A stretch of DNA of 64,000 nt from Armatimonadota bacterium. Its GTDB lineage: Bacteria > Armatimonadota > UBA5829 > DSUL01. The position numbers and the translations under genes were made by a program. The notes beneath the pieces are model-generated. The model was not told the DNA's origin and made no database searches. It saw nothing but the letters and a program-made list of their open reading frames with translations. This document shows positions 49,155 through 59,804 of the stretch, piece after piece; the stretch's first letter is position 1; each line of letters starts with the position of its first letter. The stretch spans positions 2,284,275 to 2,348,274 of the forward strand of contig JAXGLP010000001.1 of assembly GCA_040769165.1 (NCBI GenBank), read 5' to 3'.

Positions 49155-49975
49155 TCCCCCGACTCTCTCACTTCTAGAATCTCGAATCTCAGTTCTTCCA
49201 GCGCGCGCGTCACCTCGTCAAGGCGGCTGTCAATAACACCCGAGCAGGCAAGCCACGCGTCCGGCCGCAGCGCCTGGCGCACGCGCGGGGCAAGGGCGAT
49301 GATGACATCCGCGACGATGTTCATAACCGCCGCATCGAACGGCCCTTCGCCCTCCGGGGGGCCATCTTCCAAGACAAAGCGCACCCTGTCTCCCACGCCG
49401 TTGAGTCGTATGTTCAGCAGCGCGTTCTCCTCGGCCGAAGAGTCCACCTCGACAGCGAGAACTGACGCCGCGCCGAGCTTCGCCGCCGCGACGGAGAGGA
49501 TGGCGCTTCCGGCGCCGGCATCCAGCACGGAAAGGCCGGCCGGCGGCATCTCGGAAAGGACCTCGAGCATCATCCGCGTGGTGGGATGGTGCCCGGTGCC
49601 AAACGCCATGCCCGGGTCAACAATCAGGTCCACGAGCGATCTGTCGTCCGCAACCTCTCCCCAGGGCGGACGAATATGGAACCTGCCCGCGGTGACGGGC
49701 TGGAAGAACTCGCGGTAGGCAAGCAGCCAGCCGTTGTCCTCCACAGGGCGGACCGTGATCTCAACGGGTGAGGCCGACACCTCGGAAGGGAGCGCATCCA
49801 GACGGGATCTGAGGAGTAGAAGCCGGTCTTCCACCCGGTCGTCGGCGGGCAGCCAGCCCGTGACACAGAGATGGTCTCCGGAGAGGCTCGCGCCCCCGCA
49901 CAGGTCTGAAACAAGGTCGGCGACCAGTTCCTGAGCCAGAGGTCCGGCGCTCACTTCGATCTCGGCCCACCTCAT
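49124..49975 (-). CDS. prmA: Ribosomal protein L11 methyltransferase PrmA
   Basis: FGTGHHPTT and LDAGAGSAILSVAAAKLGA SAM-binding motifs. Confidence 0.88.
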   Translation of the reverse strand: MRWAEIEVSAGPLAQELVADLVSDLCGGASLSGDHLCVTGWLPADDRVEDRLLLLRSRLDALPSEVSASPVEITVRPVEDNGWLLAYREFFQPVTAGRFHIRPPWGEVADDRSLVDLIVDPGMAFGTGHHPTTRMMLEVLSEMPPAGLSVLDAGAGSAILSVAAAKLGAASVLAVEVDSSAEENALLNIRLNGVGDRVRFVLEDGPPEGEGPFDAAVMNIVADVIIALAPRVRQALRPDAWLACSGVIDSRLDEVTRALEELRFEILEVRESGEWRAIICRRT

Positions 49976-50037
49976 GGCAGCAACCCCGTTTCGGGGAGCG
50001 TGGCGGAGTGATCTGAGAGGCGGGACGACGTGCGCAC

Positions 50038-51156
50038 CTAGAAGATGCTGTCCTTGAGCTTCTCGAAGAAGCCACGGTCGTCGTCTAGGTTTTCGCCGCG
50101 AAGCTCAGCAAACTTGAGCAGCGCTTCTCTCTGCTCGCCCGTCAGGTCGCGCGGGACCACGACACTGGCGCGGACGTGGAGGTCGCCCTTTCCGTGCCCG
50201 TCCACCGACGGCATGCCGCACCCCTTGATGCGGAACACTTCGCCGTGCTGGGTTCCCGCGGGGATCTCGAGCTCCTTTTCGCCCCAGATGGTCTCGATCT
50301 TGATGCGCGTTCCGAGCGCCGCCTGCGCCATTCCGACTGGCGCCTCGCAACGCAGAGTCTCGCCCTGACGGTGGAAGCGTTCGTGGGGCTTGATGTGAAA
50401 AATGATGTAGAGGTCGCCGGGCATTCCGCCCTTCGGGCCGGAGTTGCCCTTTTCGGCGACGCGCATCCGCATGCCGGTGTCCACCCCCGGCACGACCTTG
50501 ACCTTCACCTGCTCAGTGGCGCGCATGCGGCCCTGTCCGCTGCAGCGCGGGCAGGGGTGGCGAATGATGGTTCCTTCGCCGCCGCAGACGCTGCACGGGG
50601 TAACCGTCGCGAACGATCCGAGTATGGTATTCTGCTGGCGGCGGACCTGCCCCGAGCCCCGGCACGTGGAGCAGGCCTCGGGTGTGGTGCCGGGCTGCGC
50701 GCCCGACCCGCCGCAGGATTCGCACGAAGCAAGCCTGTTGACGCGGATGCTCTTCTCGACGCCGGTGGCGGCCTCCTCGAGCGTCAGTTCGATATCGTAG
50801 CGCAAGTCATCGCCGCGGACCGGCCCCGGCCGCCTGTCCGAGTGGCTTCCTGCCCCGAAGAAGGCTTCGAACAGGTCGCTGAACCCGCCGAAATCCTGCG
50901 CATAAGCGCCGCCGCCCGCGCCCGCTCCCCGTAGGCCTTCCGCGCCGTAACGGTCGTAAACCTGGCGCTTGCCGTCGTCGCGCAGCACTTCGTATGCTTC
51001 GTTGAGGTCTTTGAACCTCTCGGCGGATTCCGGGTCATCGGGGTTGACGTCAGGATGCAGTTTGCGGGCGAGCTTGCGGTACGCCCGCTTTATCTCTTCG
51101 GGCCCGGCGGTGCGTGGCACACCGAGAATTTCGTAGTAGTCCCTGTCAGCAGCCAT
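50038..51156 (-). CDS. dnaJ: Chaperone DnaJ
   Basis: J-domain DYYEILGV...HPD, a G/F region, and four CxxCxG zinc-finger repeats. Confidence 0.95.
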   Translation of the reverse strand: MAADRDYYEILGVPRTAGPEEIKRAYRKLARKLHPDVNPDDPESAERFKDLNEAYEVLRDDGKRQVYDRYGAEGLRGAGAGGGAYAQDFGGFSDLFEAFFGAGSHSDRRPGPVRGDDLRYDIELTLEEAATGVEKSIRVNRLASCESCGGSGAQPGTTPEACSTCRGSGQVRRQQNTILGSFATVTPCSVCGGEGTIIRHPCPRCSGQGRMRATEQVKVKVVPGVDTGMRMRVAEKGNSGPKGGMPGDLYIIFHIKPHERFHRQGETLRCEAPVGMAQAALGTRIKIETIWGEKELEIPAGTQHGEVFRIKGCGMPSVDGHGKGDLHVRASVVVPRDLTGEQREALLKFAELRGENLDDDRGFFEKLKDSIF

Positions 51157-51203
51157 TGTCTTGTTGCGGCGACGCCTTCCCGGCCCTCAGGCGGCGCGGC
51201 GGG

Positions 51204-53111
51204 CTATGCCTGCGCAGCGCCGGAAGCCTCGGGCTCTTCGAAGGGCTCCTCGAACGGCACTTCGGCCTCTTCGCCCGGGGTCTCCTCCGGAACGGGTCCG
51301 GCCTCGGCTTCGTCCGCGGCAGATCCGGCGGCCTCGGCCTGCGGCTCTTCGGGCTGCGAGGCGTCGCCGGCGGCGGAGTCCGCGGCCTGGTAGAGCGCCG
51401 TGCTGAGCCTGTACACGTCGGCGGAGAGCGCGTCAATGGCGGCGCGGACGGTGGCCATATCGGTCGAATCCCGCAGTGTGCGCAAGTTTACGATCTTTTC
51501 CTGTACAGAGTTGACCAGAGCTTCGTCCACTCGCCGCGCCGCGTCCCGCGCGGTCTTCTCCGCACTATAGACGAGCGTGTCGGCCTTGTTGCGAAGCTCC
51601 TGGATGTCGCGGCGCTTCTGGTCTTCAGCGCGGCGGCTTTCGGCCTCGGCGACCATTCGGGCAATCTCTTCTTTCGAGAGCGAGGCCGTCGAGGTGATAG
51701 TAATCGCCTGCTTGTTTCCCGTGGCGGTGTCCTTCGCCGACACGTGGACGATGCCGTTCACGTCAATGTCGAAGGTGACCTCGATTTTGGGGATTCCGCG
51801 CGGCGCCGGAGGTATGCCCGTAAGCTGGAAACGCCCGAGCGACTTGTTGTCGGCGGCCATCGGCCGTTCGCCCTGCAGAGTATGGATGTCCACCGTGCCC
51901 TGATTGTCGGCGGCGGTGGTAAAAACTTTCGACTGGCTCGTCGGGATGGTGGTGTTGCGGTCAATGAGCGGCGTGAAGACGCCGCCGAGCGTCTCGATGC
52001 CGAGGGACAGCGGGGTGACATCGAGGAGCACGACATCGCGCACCTCTCCGCCCAGCACCCCGCCCTGTATCGCGGCCCCCAGAGCGACGACCTCGTCGGG
52101 ATTGATGCCGCGATGCGGGTCCTGCCCGAACAGCCGTTTCGCAAGCTCCTGCACGGCCGGCATCCGCGTGGAGCCCCCGACAAGAAGCACGCGATCCAGA
52201 TCCTTCGCCTCCAGACGCGCATCGGCCAGCGCCTGTTTGGTCGGGCCCACCATGCGGTCCACCAGGCTTGCGGTCAGCTCTTCGAACTTCGCGCGGGTGA
52301 GGCTCAGGTCGAGGTGCGCGGGCCCCTCCGGAGTGACGGATATGAAGGGGAGGCTGATGCTCGTGGTGACGACGGCGCTAAGCTCCATTTTCGCCTTCTC
52401 AGCCGCTTCCCTCAGCCGCTGAAGCGCCATCTTGTCGGCGCGCAGGTCGAGCCCCGTCTGGTTCTTGAACTCGCCCGCCATCCAGTCCACGACCGCCTCG
52501 TCCCAGTCGTCGCCGCCCAGGCGCGTGTCGCCGTTGGTGGCCTTGACCTCGAAGACCCCATCGCCGAGTTCGAGAATGGAGACGTCGAACGTGCCGCCGC
52601 CGAGGTCCCACACAAGAACTGTGTGCGCATCGGTCTGATCGAGACCGTACGCAAGCGCCGCCGCGGTCGGCTCGTTGATGATCCGCACGACCTCGAGCCC
52701 GGCAATGGCGCCGGCATCCTTGGTAGCCTGTCTCTGCGAATCGGAAAAATAGGCCGGAACGGTGATGACGGTCTTCTCGACCCTCTCGCCCAGATAGGCC
52801 TGCGCGTCGTCCCGGAGCTTGGAGAGTATCTGAGCGGAGATCTCCTGCGGCGAATAATCCTTGCCGTCAATCGTCACCCGATGATCGGTGCCGATCTCCC
52901 GCTTGATGCTTGAAACGGTGCGGTCGGGGTTGGTGATGGCCTGGCGTTTGGCAAGTTGCCCCACAAGGCGCTCGCCGTTCTTTGAGATGCCGACGACCGA
53001 AGGACAGAGGCGGCTGCCGTCAGCGAGCGGGATAACGACGGGCTCCCCACCCTCGACGACCGCGACTACGGAGTTGGTGGTACCCAGGTCAATGCCGAGA
53101 ATTTTCGCCAT
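51204..53111 (-). CDS. dnaK: Chaperone DnaK (Hsp70)
   Basis: [21 protein letters not shown], and an acidic C-terminal tail. Confidence 0.97.
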   Translation of the reverse strand: MAKILGIDLGTTNSVVAVVEGGEPVVIPLADGSRLCPSVVGISKNGERLVGQLAKRQAITNPDRTVSSIKREIGTDHRVTIDGKDYSPQEISAQILSKLRDDAQAYLGERVEKTVITVPAYFSDSQRQATKDAGAIAGLEVVRIINEPTAAALAYGLDQTDAHTVLVWDLGGGTFDVSILELGDGVFEVKATNGDTRLGGDDWDEAVVDWMAGEFKNQTGLDLRADKMALQRLREAAEKAKMELSAVVTTSISLPFISVTPEGPAHLDLSLTRAKFEELTASLVDRMVGPTKQALADARLEAKDLDRVLLVGGSTRMPAVQELAKRLFGQDPHRGINPDEVVALGAAIQGGVLGGEVRDVVLLDVTPLSLGIETLGGVFTPLIDRNTTIPTSQSKVFTTAADNQGTVDIHTLQGERPMAADNKSLGRFQLTGIPPAPRGIPKIEVTFDIDVNGIVHVSAKDTATGNKQAITITSTASLSKEEIARMVAEAESRRAEDQKRRDIQELRNKADTLVYSAEKTARDAARRVDEALVNSVQEKIVNLRTLRDSTDMATVRAAIDALSADVYRLSTALYQAADSAAGDASQPEEPQAEAAGSAADEAEAGPVPEETPGEEAEVPFEEPFEEPEASGAAQA

Positions 53112-53132
53112 GTGATGTGTTTGCCGCCCGGC

Positions 53133-53759
53133 TTAGTCGTCTGTCCGTCTGGTCTCTTCGGCTCCCAGATAATAGTGGATTTTCTCGGCCTTCACTTCGT
53201 CGAGCGCGACAGTGAGGACGTTTGTACTGGACCGGGGCAGGAGTGGCTCGGCGCCATCGCGGAGCTGTTTGGCTCGCTTTGCGGCGAGAACCACCATTGC
53301 GTAGCGGTAGTTCTGGTCGGGAAGCTCGAGCACGGGGTTCTCCGCGGGCGCAGGCGCCGGTTCTTCGGCGGCCGATTCTTCAGCGGCCGATTCCGCGGTG
53401 GCCGATTCTTCAGCGGCCGGTTCTGCGCCGACCGCCTCTGCGGCGGCCGGTTCTTCAGCGGCCGGTTCTTCAGCGGCCGGTTCTTCGGCGACCGCTTCTT
53501 CGGCGACCGTTTCTTCGGCGACCGTTTCTTCGGCGACCGTCTGTTCGGCGACCGCTTCTGCCGGAGCCGTCTCTTCGGCGACCGCTTCCGCGGCAGCCGT
53601 TTCTTCGGCGACCGCTTCTGCGGCAGCCGTTTCTTCGGCGACCGCTTCTGCCGGAGCCGTCTCTTCGGCGACCGTCTCTTCAGGGACCGCTTCTTCCCCG
53701 GCCTGGACCTGGGTAACGATCTCTTCCTTGCTTTCGGAGCTTTTCTTTCTGGTTGCCAT
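53133..53759 (-). CDS. RNA polymerase omega (RpoZ)-like protein with a ~140-aa acidic Glu/Ala/Thr-rich repetitive N-terminal extension
   Basis: C-terminal NYRYAMVVLAAKRAKQLRDGAEPLLPRSSTNVLTVALDEVKAEKI aligns with E. coli RpoZ [45 protein letters not shown]. The N-terminus is (AEET[AV])n repeats. It sits where grpE normally lies, upstream of dnaK. Confidence 0.6.
   Translation of the reverse strand: MATRKKSSESKEEIVTQVQAGEEAVPEETVAEETAPAEAVAEETAAAEAVAEETAAAEAVAEETAPAEAVAEQTVAEETVAEETVAEEAVAEEPAAEEPAAEEPAAAEAVGAEPAAEESATAESAAEESAAEEPAPAPAENPVLELPDQNYRYAMVVLAAKRAKQLRDGAEPLLPRSSTNVLTVALDEVKAEKIHYYLGAEETRRTDD
53330..53700. repeat. 15-bp tandem repeats (TTCTTCGGCGACCGT-like) encoding the (AEETV)n tail of the RpoZ-like protein
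   Basis: Read directly on the plus strand: gcgaccgtttcttcggcgaccgtttcttcggcgaccg... Confidence 0.75.
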
Positions 53760-53893
53760 TCACTCTCCCGCGGAACTCAAACAAAAGCGGCTGGCGCGCA
53801 CAGGGCAGCAACGCCAGCCGCGTTTCTACCGGATGGCATTATATCCGCGGGCCCGCCCGCATGCCAACGTCCGGAGCGGACCCGGGCGCCCGG

Positions 53894-55120
53894 TCAGGGC
53901 AGAATGAACAGCCTGCCGTCTCCCGCGCCGAGCGAAACCTGGAACCCCTTCATCTCCGGGCTGTCATCAACGGCGGGGACGAGCTTGCCAGTTGCCTTGT
54001 CCACTTCGAGAACGTCCTTCGGGTCAGCGTCGAACTCAACCGTCGGCCACGCGGTGAACATGTGGCTGTAGTTGTTGATCAGCACCGCCCTGCGGCCGTC
54101 GGCGTGCCGGAACGCGCCGATGAGATAGTCCGCCGGGGGATCGCCCGGCACGGCGGCAATGCCCTTGAGCGCGGTGCCCTTCAGCGCGCTGGCGGCGTCG
54201 GTGTCGGGTTTGACCCGGACGACAGCGGTGCTTGTGAGCTGCATCAGCGTCGGGCCCATCGCCTTCAGCTCGGCGTTCATCCTGCGGGCCTCGTCGTAGT
54301 GGCGCGTCTTCCGGCCCTCGGCGGTGATGATCGCCCCGCCCTTCGGGAACTCGCCAGTTCCGCCAGCGCCCTTTCCCGGAGTCCAGTAGCAGAAGTAGAG
54401 CACTCCCTTTCCACCGTACGCCAGCGTGGCGTAAATCTGCCATCGCATCTGCGCCTCGGTCGGGTCGAGCCGGTCGTTGAAGGGCATGGAGTAGAAGAAG
54501 TTCCAGAACGGCACCCGCGACGCGAGCGAGTACTTGCGCATGGTGGCAAGGTTATCAAGATAGCTCTGGCGCGAGTCGCCCTCGGGGCGCATCAGCGGAT
54601 AGTGGTCCATCGAGAGCACTTCCGGGCGCACCTGCTTGACGAACTCGGCGACGTGCGTGTCGTAGTCCGGCGTGCCGAGCATGCCCGGCGAGGCGTAGTT
54701 CGGCAGAAGGTTGATGTAGCCGAAGCGGCCGGGATGCTTTCGCCGGATCTCGTCGGCGCGTTTCGCAAGATCGGGAAACGCCCCGGCGCCAGGCTCATCC
54801 ACCATCATATATCCCCAGCAGGCGTCTGTGTCCGGCCACTTCTCGACCGGGCCTTCGGCGCGCACAATGGCTTTCAGCCCGCAGCGGCGGCACACTTCGA
54901 GCTGCTTCGCGGCATCCACCCCGAACCCCCCGATAACAAGCGTGAAGTTAGCGTCGGCGATCTCCCGGTAACGCTTGAGAGTGGTCTCCTCGGGCGGGGG
55001 CGGCACCCAGAACCCGATGGCGAACCGGTCCTGAACGAAGCGCGATGGCGCCGCGCTGGCGGCACAGATCAGACTGGCGATCAGTCCGACGGCAAGAGGG
55101 GTCAGCAGCAGAAATCTCAT
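53894..55120 (-). CDS. Secreted hypothetical protein, possibly a TIM-barrel glycoside hydrolase-like enzyme
   Basis: Signal peptide MRFLLLTPLAVGLIASLICAASA. The Trp/Tyr-rich core (FWNFFYSMP...YFCYWTPGKG) resembles GH-like folds. No catalytic motif was identified with confidence. Confidence 0.35.
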   Translation of the reverse strand: MRFLLLTPLAVGLIASLICAASAAPSRFVQDRFAIGFWVPPPPEETTLKRYREIADANFTLVIGGFGVDAAKQLEVCRRCGLKAIVRAEGPVEKWPDTDACWGYMMVDEPGAGAFPDLAKRADEIRRKHPGRFGYINLLPNYASPGMLGTPDYDTHVAEFVKQVRPEVLSMDHYPLMRPEGDSRQSYLDNLATMRKYSLASRVPFWNFFYSMPFNDRLDPTEAQMRWQIYATLAYGGKGVLYFCYWTPGKGAGGTGEFPKGGAIITAEGRKTRHYDEARRMNAELKAMGPTLMQLTSTAVVRVKPDTDAASALKGTALKGIAAVPGDPPADYLIGAFRHADGRRAVLINNYSHMFTAWPTVEFDADPKDVLEVDKATGKLVPAVDDSPEMKGFQVSLGAGDGRLFILP

Positions 55121-55309
55121 GTGGTTGGTATCCTCCCCGGAAAGTACTCCGGCGTTTCCCCATGACTACGGGGTGCATGGTCTGGCGTCCTGCGTCAGAT
55201 AAGCAATCGCCATCGCAGCGAAATCAGAAAGGGCCCCGGGGCAGGAGGCCCCGAAGCCCTGTAGTGTCGAGCAGCCGGGCTCAGAGGCCCGGCAAGCAAT
55301 AGAGGCGGT

Positions 55310-55609
55310 TTACCAGCGGTTGCGTCCGCCGCCACCGCCGCGGTTGCCGTAACCGCCGCCGCCACCGCTGCCGCGCTCCGGACGAGGACGCGCCTCGTTG
55401 ACCGTCAGCGGGCGGCCATCCAGCGTCTGGCCATTCAGGGCATCGATCGCCGCCTGGGCGTTCTCAGCAGGAATGTCCACGAACGCGAAGCCCTTCTCTC
55501 CGATAACCCGCACAGACTCGATCGGGCCATACGGCTCGAACAGTTCACGAATGGAGCCCTCCGATGTGGAGTAGCTCATGTTGCCAACATACAGCGACTT
55601 AGTAGCCAT
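55310..55609 (-). CDS. Glycine-rich RNA-binding protein with an RRM domain
   Basis: RNP-2 LYVGNM, RNP-1 KGFAFVDI, and a C-terminal GGGGGYGNRGGGGGRNRW tail. Confidence 0.85.
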   Translation of the reverse strand: MATKSLYVGNMSYSTSEGSIRELFEPYGPIESVRVIGEKGFAFVDIPAENAQAAIDALNGQTLDGRPLTVNEARPRPERGSGGGGGYGNRGGGGGRNRW

Positions 55610-55858
55610 CTATGATTCCTTCTGACTTCAACCCTGGATTTCAACGAGAAGCGAGACAGCGCGCGTAGTAATGAGCGGGAGTCAGTCACGGGATCCAGTC
55701 CGAGCGCAGAAAAGGAAAGCTATCCACGGGAAACAGGAGGCCGATGTGCCTGGTTGAGGAGGGTTGTGCGTCAATGGCTTAGACGCTGGACAAAACAGGT
55801 TTGTTCCGCCCGGTTCGAAGAGGCGCCAGGGGGCCCCCCGGAGGCGATGGGACGCGCG

Positions 55859-56539
55859 TCAGCGCGCGAGCTCTGCCGCCCTGAGAAACACCCCCAGCAG
55901 CATCTCCCGCGTTAGCCTTCGCGTGAACGTGTTCTGCTGGCTGGGATGGTAGCTGCAGACGATGAAACGTCCGTCCGGCAGCGGCAGCTCCGCGCCGTGA
56001 GCAAAGGCGCTCTGTCGTATGCCGCACCTGAGGCCGGACTCGTCCAGCGCCTTCAGGGTCTCCTGAAAGGCGATGCGTCCCAGCACGACAGCCACTTTCC
56101 AGCGCGGAGCGATCCCCAGTGTGCGAACCAGCCACGCCCGGCAGTTATCGAACTCGTCTCGGGAGGGCTTGTTCGCGGGAGGCGCGCAGTGGACGGCGGC
56201 CGTGATGAGCGCGTCCTTCAGCCGCAGGCCATCGTTCGCTCCCGTGCTCTCGGGCTGGCTGGCGAAGCCTGCTTCGTGGAGGGCGCGAAACAGCCAGTTG
56301 CCGCTCTCGTCGCCGGTGAACATGCGGCCGGTGCGGTTCGCTCCGTGCGCCGCGGGAGCCAAGCCCACAATCAGGAGCCTCCCATTCGGGTCGCCGAAGT
56401 TCGGCACCGGCCTGCCCCAGTAGTCCTGCTCGCGAAAGGCGCGGCGCCTGACCGCCGCGACCTCGCGGACGTACGCCGAGAGCCGCCCGCAGCGCTCGCA
56501 GGCGGCGATCTGCGCGTTGAGCTCGTCGGAGATCGTCAC
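55859..56539 (-). CDS. Uracil-DNA glycosylase, family 4/5 (Fe-S type)
   Basis: CERCGRL (an Fe-S Cys), GDPNGRLLIVGLAPAAHGANRTGRMFTGDESG (family-4 GEAPG-like motif), and a C-terminal HPSQQN. Confidence 0.8.
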   Translation of the reverse strand: MTISDELNAQIAACERCGRLSAYVREVAAVRRRAFREQDYWGRPVPNFGDPNGRLLIVGLAPAAHGANRTGRMFTGDESGNWLFRALHEAGFASQPESTGANDGLRLKDALITAAVHCAPPANKPSRDEFDNCRAWLVRTLGIAPRWKVAVVLGRIAFQETLKALDESGLRCGIRQSAFAHGAELPLPDGRFIVCSYHPSQQNTFTRRLTREMLLGVFLRAAELAR

Positions 56540-56547
56540 GCGCCCGG

Positions 56548-57573
56548 CTAGAGCGCGACGGGCTCGCCGGACTGCGCGGACTTTCTTGACGCCAGGCTGA
56601 TCTTCACCGAAGTCCGGGCGGAATCCGGGGTGACGATCTCCGGCCGTCTGTTCGATTCGAGACAGTCGAGGAAATAGCCGATCTCGACGAGGTACCCTCC
56701 GAGCGAGGAGACGTTCCCGCCCGCCTCAGCCGAAGCGCCCTCGCCCACGGACGGCACCTCCGGCGCGAACGCCGCGCCCCCGGACGGGAACACCATCAGC
56801 GATGGGCTGGCCGTAATATCGAGCCTGATGCTCGCCTTCTCGCACTCCACGATGGCCGATGCGCTGAACGGGAACTCCCCGCGCATCGTGAGCGAGCCCT
56901 CCGCGTACGAGTTCGCGCCGCCGGCATGCCCCCACCCGAGCGTCATCGCCGTGTCGAGAGCGCCCCGGGAGCCAGGCATTGCGCGCGAGAGGACCTTCGA
57001 CGGAGGCCCGACGAGATAGGTGATGAAGTCCAGGTCGTGGATGTGCAGGTCGAGGATAGCGCCACCGCTGCGCGCGGGATCGGCAAGCCAGTCCTGCCAT
57101 GCCCAGGTGGCCGGCGGGCTGAGGCGGCGCAGGCTGGCCCAGAGCACCCGTCCGTACTCGCCCGAGTCCACAAGCTGCTTGATTACGGCGTACTCCGGCC
57201 AGAAGCGCACGACCTGCCCCACCATCATCGTGACACCCGCCTGCTCGACAGCTCCGATCATCGCGTCGCACGACTCCACGCTCAGCGACAGGGGTTTCTC
57301 GCAGAATATGTGCCGGCCCGCCCGCGCGGCGGCTATCACGTGCTCTTCGTGCAAGTATGTGGGCGTGCAGATGTCCACCGCGTCAATATCCGCGTTCTCG
57401 AGCATGGCCTGCAGGCTCTCGTACGGCTGGCACCCGAGCTTCGAAGCCGCCTCGCCGCGGCGATCGGCTTCGACATCCGCAAGCGCCGCGACCTTCGCCC
57501 TGCCGGTCGCGGCATAGCACTGGGCATGCATTTTGCCCATAAAACCGTATCCAACCAGGCCGATTCTGATCAT
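56548..57573 (-). CDS. Gfo/Idh/MocA-family NAD(P)-dependent oxidoreductase
   Basis: MIRIGLVGYGFMGKMH Rossmann motif and an EKP motif (FCEKPLSLS). Start trimmed to MIRIGL. The ORF-track extension to 58110 overlaps the next gene. Confidence 0.85.
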   Translation of the reverse strand: MIRIGLVGYGFMGKMHAQCYAATGRAKVAALADVEADRRGEAASKLGCQPYESLQAMLENADIDAVDICTPTYLHEEHVIAAARAGRHIFCEKPLSLSVESCDAMIGAVEQAGVTMMVGQVVRFWPEYAVIKQLVDSGEYGRVLWASLRRLSPPATWAWQDWLADPARSGGAILDLHIHDLDFITYLVGPPSKVLSRAMPGSRGALDTAMTLGWGHAGGANSYAEGSLTMRGEFPFSASAIVECEKASIRLDITASPSLMVFPSGGAAFAPEVPSVGEGASAEAGGNVSSLGGYLVEIGYFLDCLESNRRPEIVTPDSARTSVKISLASRKSAQSGEPVAL

Positions 57574-57605
57574 TGTACGCCTCTTTCCGTTGCCGAGGCG
57601 GCGCG

Positions 57606-58784
57606 CTAGAGGTTTGCGGCCACCGGGAACTCGATATTCTGGAATGTGTTCGTCCGGGACGACTCTTTCGCCTTCAGGCACATCAGCACGCTGAGGATGC
57701 CCGCCGAAAGCGGCGCGACCGATTCGGCTTCGCCGCGCATAATGCGCAGGAAGCTGTCTGCGAGCACCGTGTCCCCACCCCCGTGCGAGGCGGCCTTGCT
57801 GTCGGTGCGGTAGGTCTCGATGCGCGGCTGATGGTGCATCACGACCTTGAGTTCGTCGGTGTACCAGTCGAACTCGAGAGTCCCCCGGTAGCCGAAGAGC
57901 GTGGCGCCCCTCTTGCCCGCCGACTTGCGGGCGAAGAAGTTCTGGCTGTAACAGACGTGCATCCCCGTGTCGTAGCGGATGATTGCGCTGCCCGAGTCCT
58001 CGTTGCCGGTATCCACGGCAAACCCGCACCACAGGCCGCTCGGCTCGACGCGCGAGGTCTCCTGCTTGGTGTAGTAGCGGTGATAGGGGCTTTCGAGACA
58101 GGCCTCCCACTCGTCGCAGTCGTCGCAGCGCAGGCCGGCCGCATGATCGCCCTTATACACCTGCTTGGAGGTCATCGCGCAGACCTGCACGGGCTTGAAT
58201 CCGAGCAGGTGGTTGATGTAGTCGAAGTCGTGCGTCGCTTTCTGAAGAAACAGCCCCTGCGTCTCGTTTTCGTCACGATACCAGTTCTGATAGTAGCAGG
58301 CGCCGTACGGGACGTTGTTCCACGCCTGCACATGCTCCACGGTGCCGATCTTGCCCGAGTCTATGATCTCTCTGGCCATCGTCACGAGCGGCGTGACACG
58401 CAGGGGAAACGACACGACGACCTGGCTTCGCGTCTGCTCGCTTGCGGCTTTGAGGGCAAGCAGATCCTGCATGCTTGTCGCGACCGGCTTTTCGAGGAAG
58501 AGCGGGAGGTTTCGCTGCAGCACCTGAACCGCCATTTGCGTGTGCAGGGAGCAGCGCGTCCCGATCAGCACGCCGTCCAGCTTCTCGCCGTCGAGCATCG
58601 CGGCGGCTTCCGTGTAGAACCGCACGCGATCCGGGTCCTTGCCCGCGGTTCGCATCTGATCTTTGATTTCGTCGCAGCGCGGATCGGTGATGGCGGCAAT
58701 CTCCGTCTCGTCCGTCAGCCGCTCCACCAGACCCAGGACGCCGCGCGCCCGTCCGCCGTATCCGATAACACCTATTCGCAGCAC
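57606..58784 (-). CDS. Gfo/Idh/MocA-family oxidoreductase (second paralogue)
   Basis: MLRIGVIGYGGRARG and LEKPVATS motifs. Confidence 0.85.
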   Translation of the reverse strand: MLRIGVIGYGGRARGVLGLVERLTDETEIAAITDPRCDEIKDQMRTAGKDPDRVRFYTEAAAMLDGEKLDGVLIGTRCSLHTQMAVQVLQRNLPLFLEKPVATSMQDLLALKAASEQTRSQVVVSFPLRVTPLVTMAREIIDSGKIGTVEHVQAWNNVPYGACYYQNWYRDENETQGLFLQKATHDFDYINHLLGFKPVQVCAMTSKQVYKGDHAAGLRCDDCDEWEACLESPYHRYYTKQETSRVEPSGLWCGFAVDTGNEDSGSAIIRYDTGMHVCYSQNFFARKSAGKRGATLFGYRGTLEFDWYTDELKVVMHHQPRIETYRTDSKAASHGGGDTVLADSFLRIMRGEAESVAPLSAGILSVLMCLKAKESSRTNTFQNIEFPVAANL

Positions 58785-58984
58785 TGGAATGCCTCGCTTT
58801 GTACTTATTGATGGGGTGAGCCGGGGCAGTTATAGCACAGCGAGGGGGAGTTTGGGAATAGAGCGGCCTTCCCAAACAGAGCGGGGGCACGCCGTTTGGC
58901 GGCGTGCCCCCGGGCCAGCAGTTCTTGCCTGCGGGCAGGGCAGTCAGCAAGAGGCGAGCAGTCTGCCCATCCGTCAGGAATGCG

Positions 58985-59593
58985 TCAGCCTTTCAGCTTC
59001 TCGTAGCGCTCCTGCACTTTCTTCCAGTCAACCACGCTCCACCAGGCGGAAACGTAATCCGGCCGGCGATTCTGATACTTCAGGTAGTAGGCGTGCTCCC
59101 AGACATCCAGTCCCAGGACGGGATGCTTGCCTTCCATAATCGGGCTGTCCTGATTGGCGGTGCTGTAGACTTCGAGTTCGCCTTTGTTCAGCACGAGCCA
59201 TGCCCATCCCGATCCGAACCGGGTCTTCGCGGCGGCCTCGAACTTCTCTTTGAAGGCGTCGAAGCTGCCGAACGACTTCTTGATGGCCTCCGCCAGCGGT
59301 CCGGAGGGCTCGCCCCCGCCGCCCTTCGTCATGGACTCCCAGAACAGCGTATGGTTGGCGTGCCCGCCGCCGTTGTTGCGCACGGCAACCGGGATGTTCT
59401 CGGCGCCCTTCGCAAGTATCTCCTCGATTGTGAGGCCTTCGAGATTCGTCCCCTCGAGGGCGGCGTTCAGGTTGCTGACATAGGCAGCGTGATGCTTGGT
59501 GTGATGGATCTCCATCGTCCTGGCATCAATGTACGGCTCGAGCGCATCGTAGGCATATGGCAATGGCGGCAATACAAACGGCATTATTCTCAT
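58985..59593 (-). CDS. sodA: Fe/Mn superoxide dismutase
   Basis: [28 protein letters not shown] and the metal ligands in DVWEHAYY. Confidence 0.93.
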   Translation of the reverse strand: MRIMPFVLPPLPYAYDALEPYIDARTMEIHHTKHHAAYVSNLNAALEGTNLEGLTIEEILAKGAENIPVAVRNNGGGHANHTLFWESMTKGGGGEPSGPLAEAIKKSFGSFDAFKEKFEAAAKTRFGSGWAWLVLNKGELEVYSTANQDSPIMEGKHPVLGLDVWEHAYYLKYQNRRPDYVSAWWSVVDWKKVQERYEKLKG

Positions 59594-59741
59594 CTCCCGC
59601 GTTTAGTCTCGTTCTTGCGGGCCTGTCCAGGACGTCGGGCCCGCGTGTTTCGAACGTCGTATCAGGTGCTTCGTTGGATAGAACACCGGCAGGAGCGGGA
59701 TAGTTTCCGCAAACGGGTCGCAAAAACAAACTTTTTTTCGG

Positions 59742-59771
59742 CTGACGGCTTGCGCCCTTCACGGCTATACT
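59742..59771 (+). promoter_or_regulatory. Possible sigma-70 promoter CTGACG-N18-TATACT upstream of the ABC-2 exporter operon
   Basis: Hexamers read directly. The spacing is 18 bp, and the site lies ~35 bp upstream of the 59805 start. Confidence 0.3.
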
Positions 59772-59804
59772 GAGCAGTGCGCGGCGGCGGCCGCGTCCTT
59801 CCCG

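Noticed and set aside
51114-52913. 599-aa plus-strand ORF
   Set aside because: Antisense to dnaK.
53133-53759. Considered calling this gene grpE because of its position upstream of dnaK and its acidic N-terminus
   Set aside because: The conserved C-terminal 65 aa match the RpoZ omega core rather than the GrpE dimerisation and beta domains, and the protein is too short for GrpE.
57574-58110. 179-codon N-terminal extension of the first Gfo/Idh/MocA ORF
   Set aside because: It overlaps the upstream paralogue in another frame. The Rossmann motif MIRIGLVGYG marks the real start.
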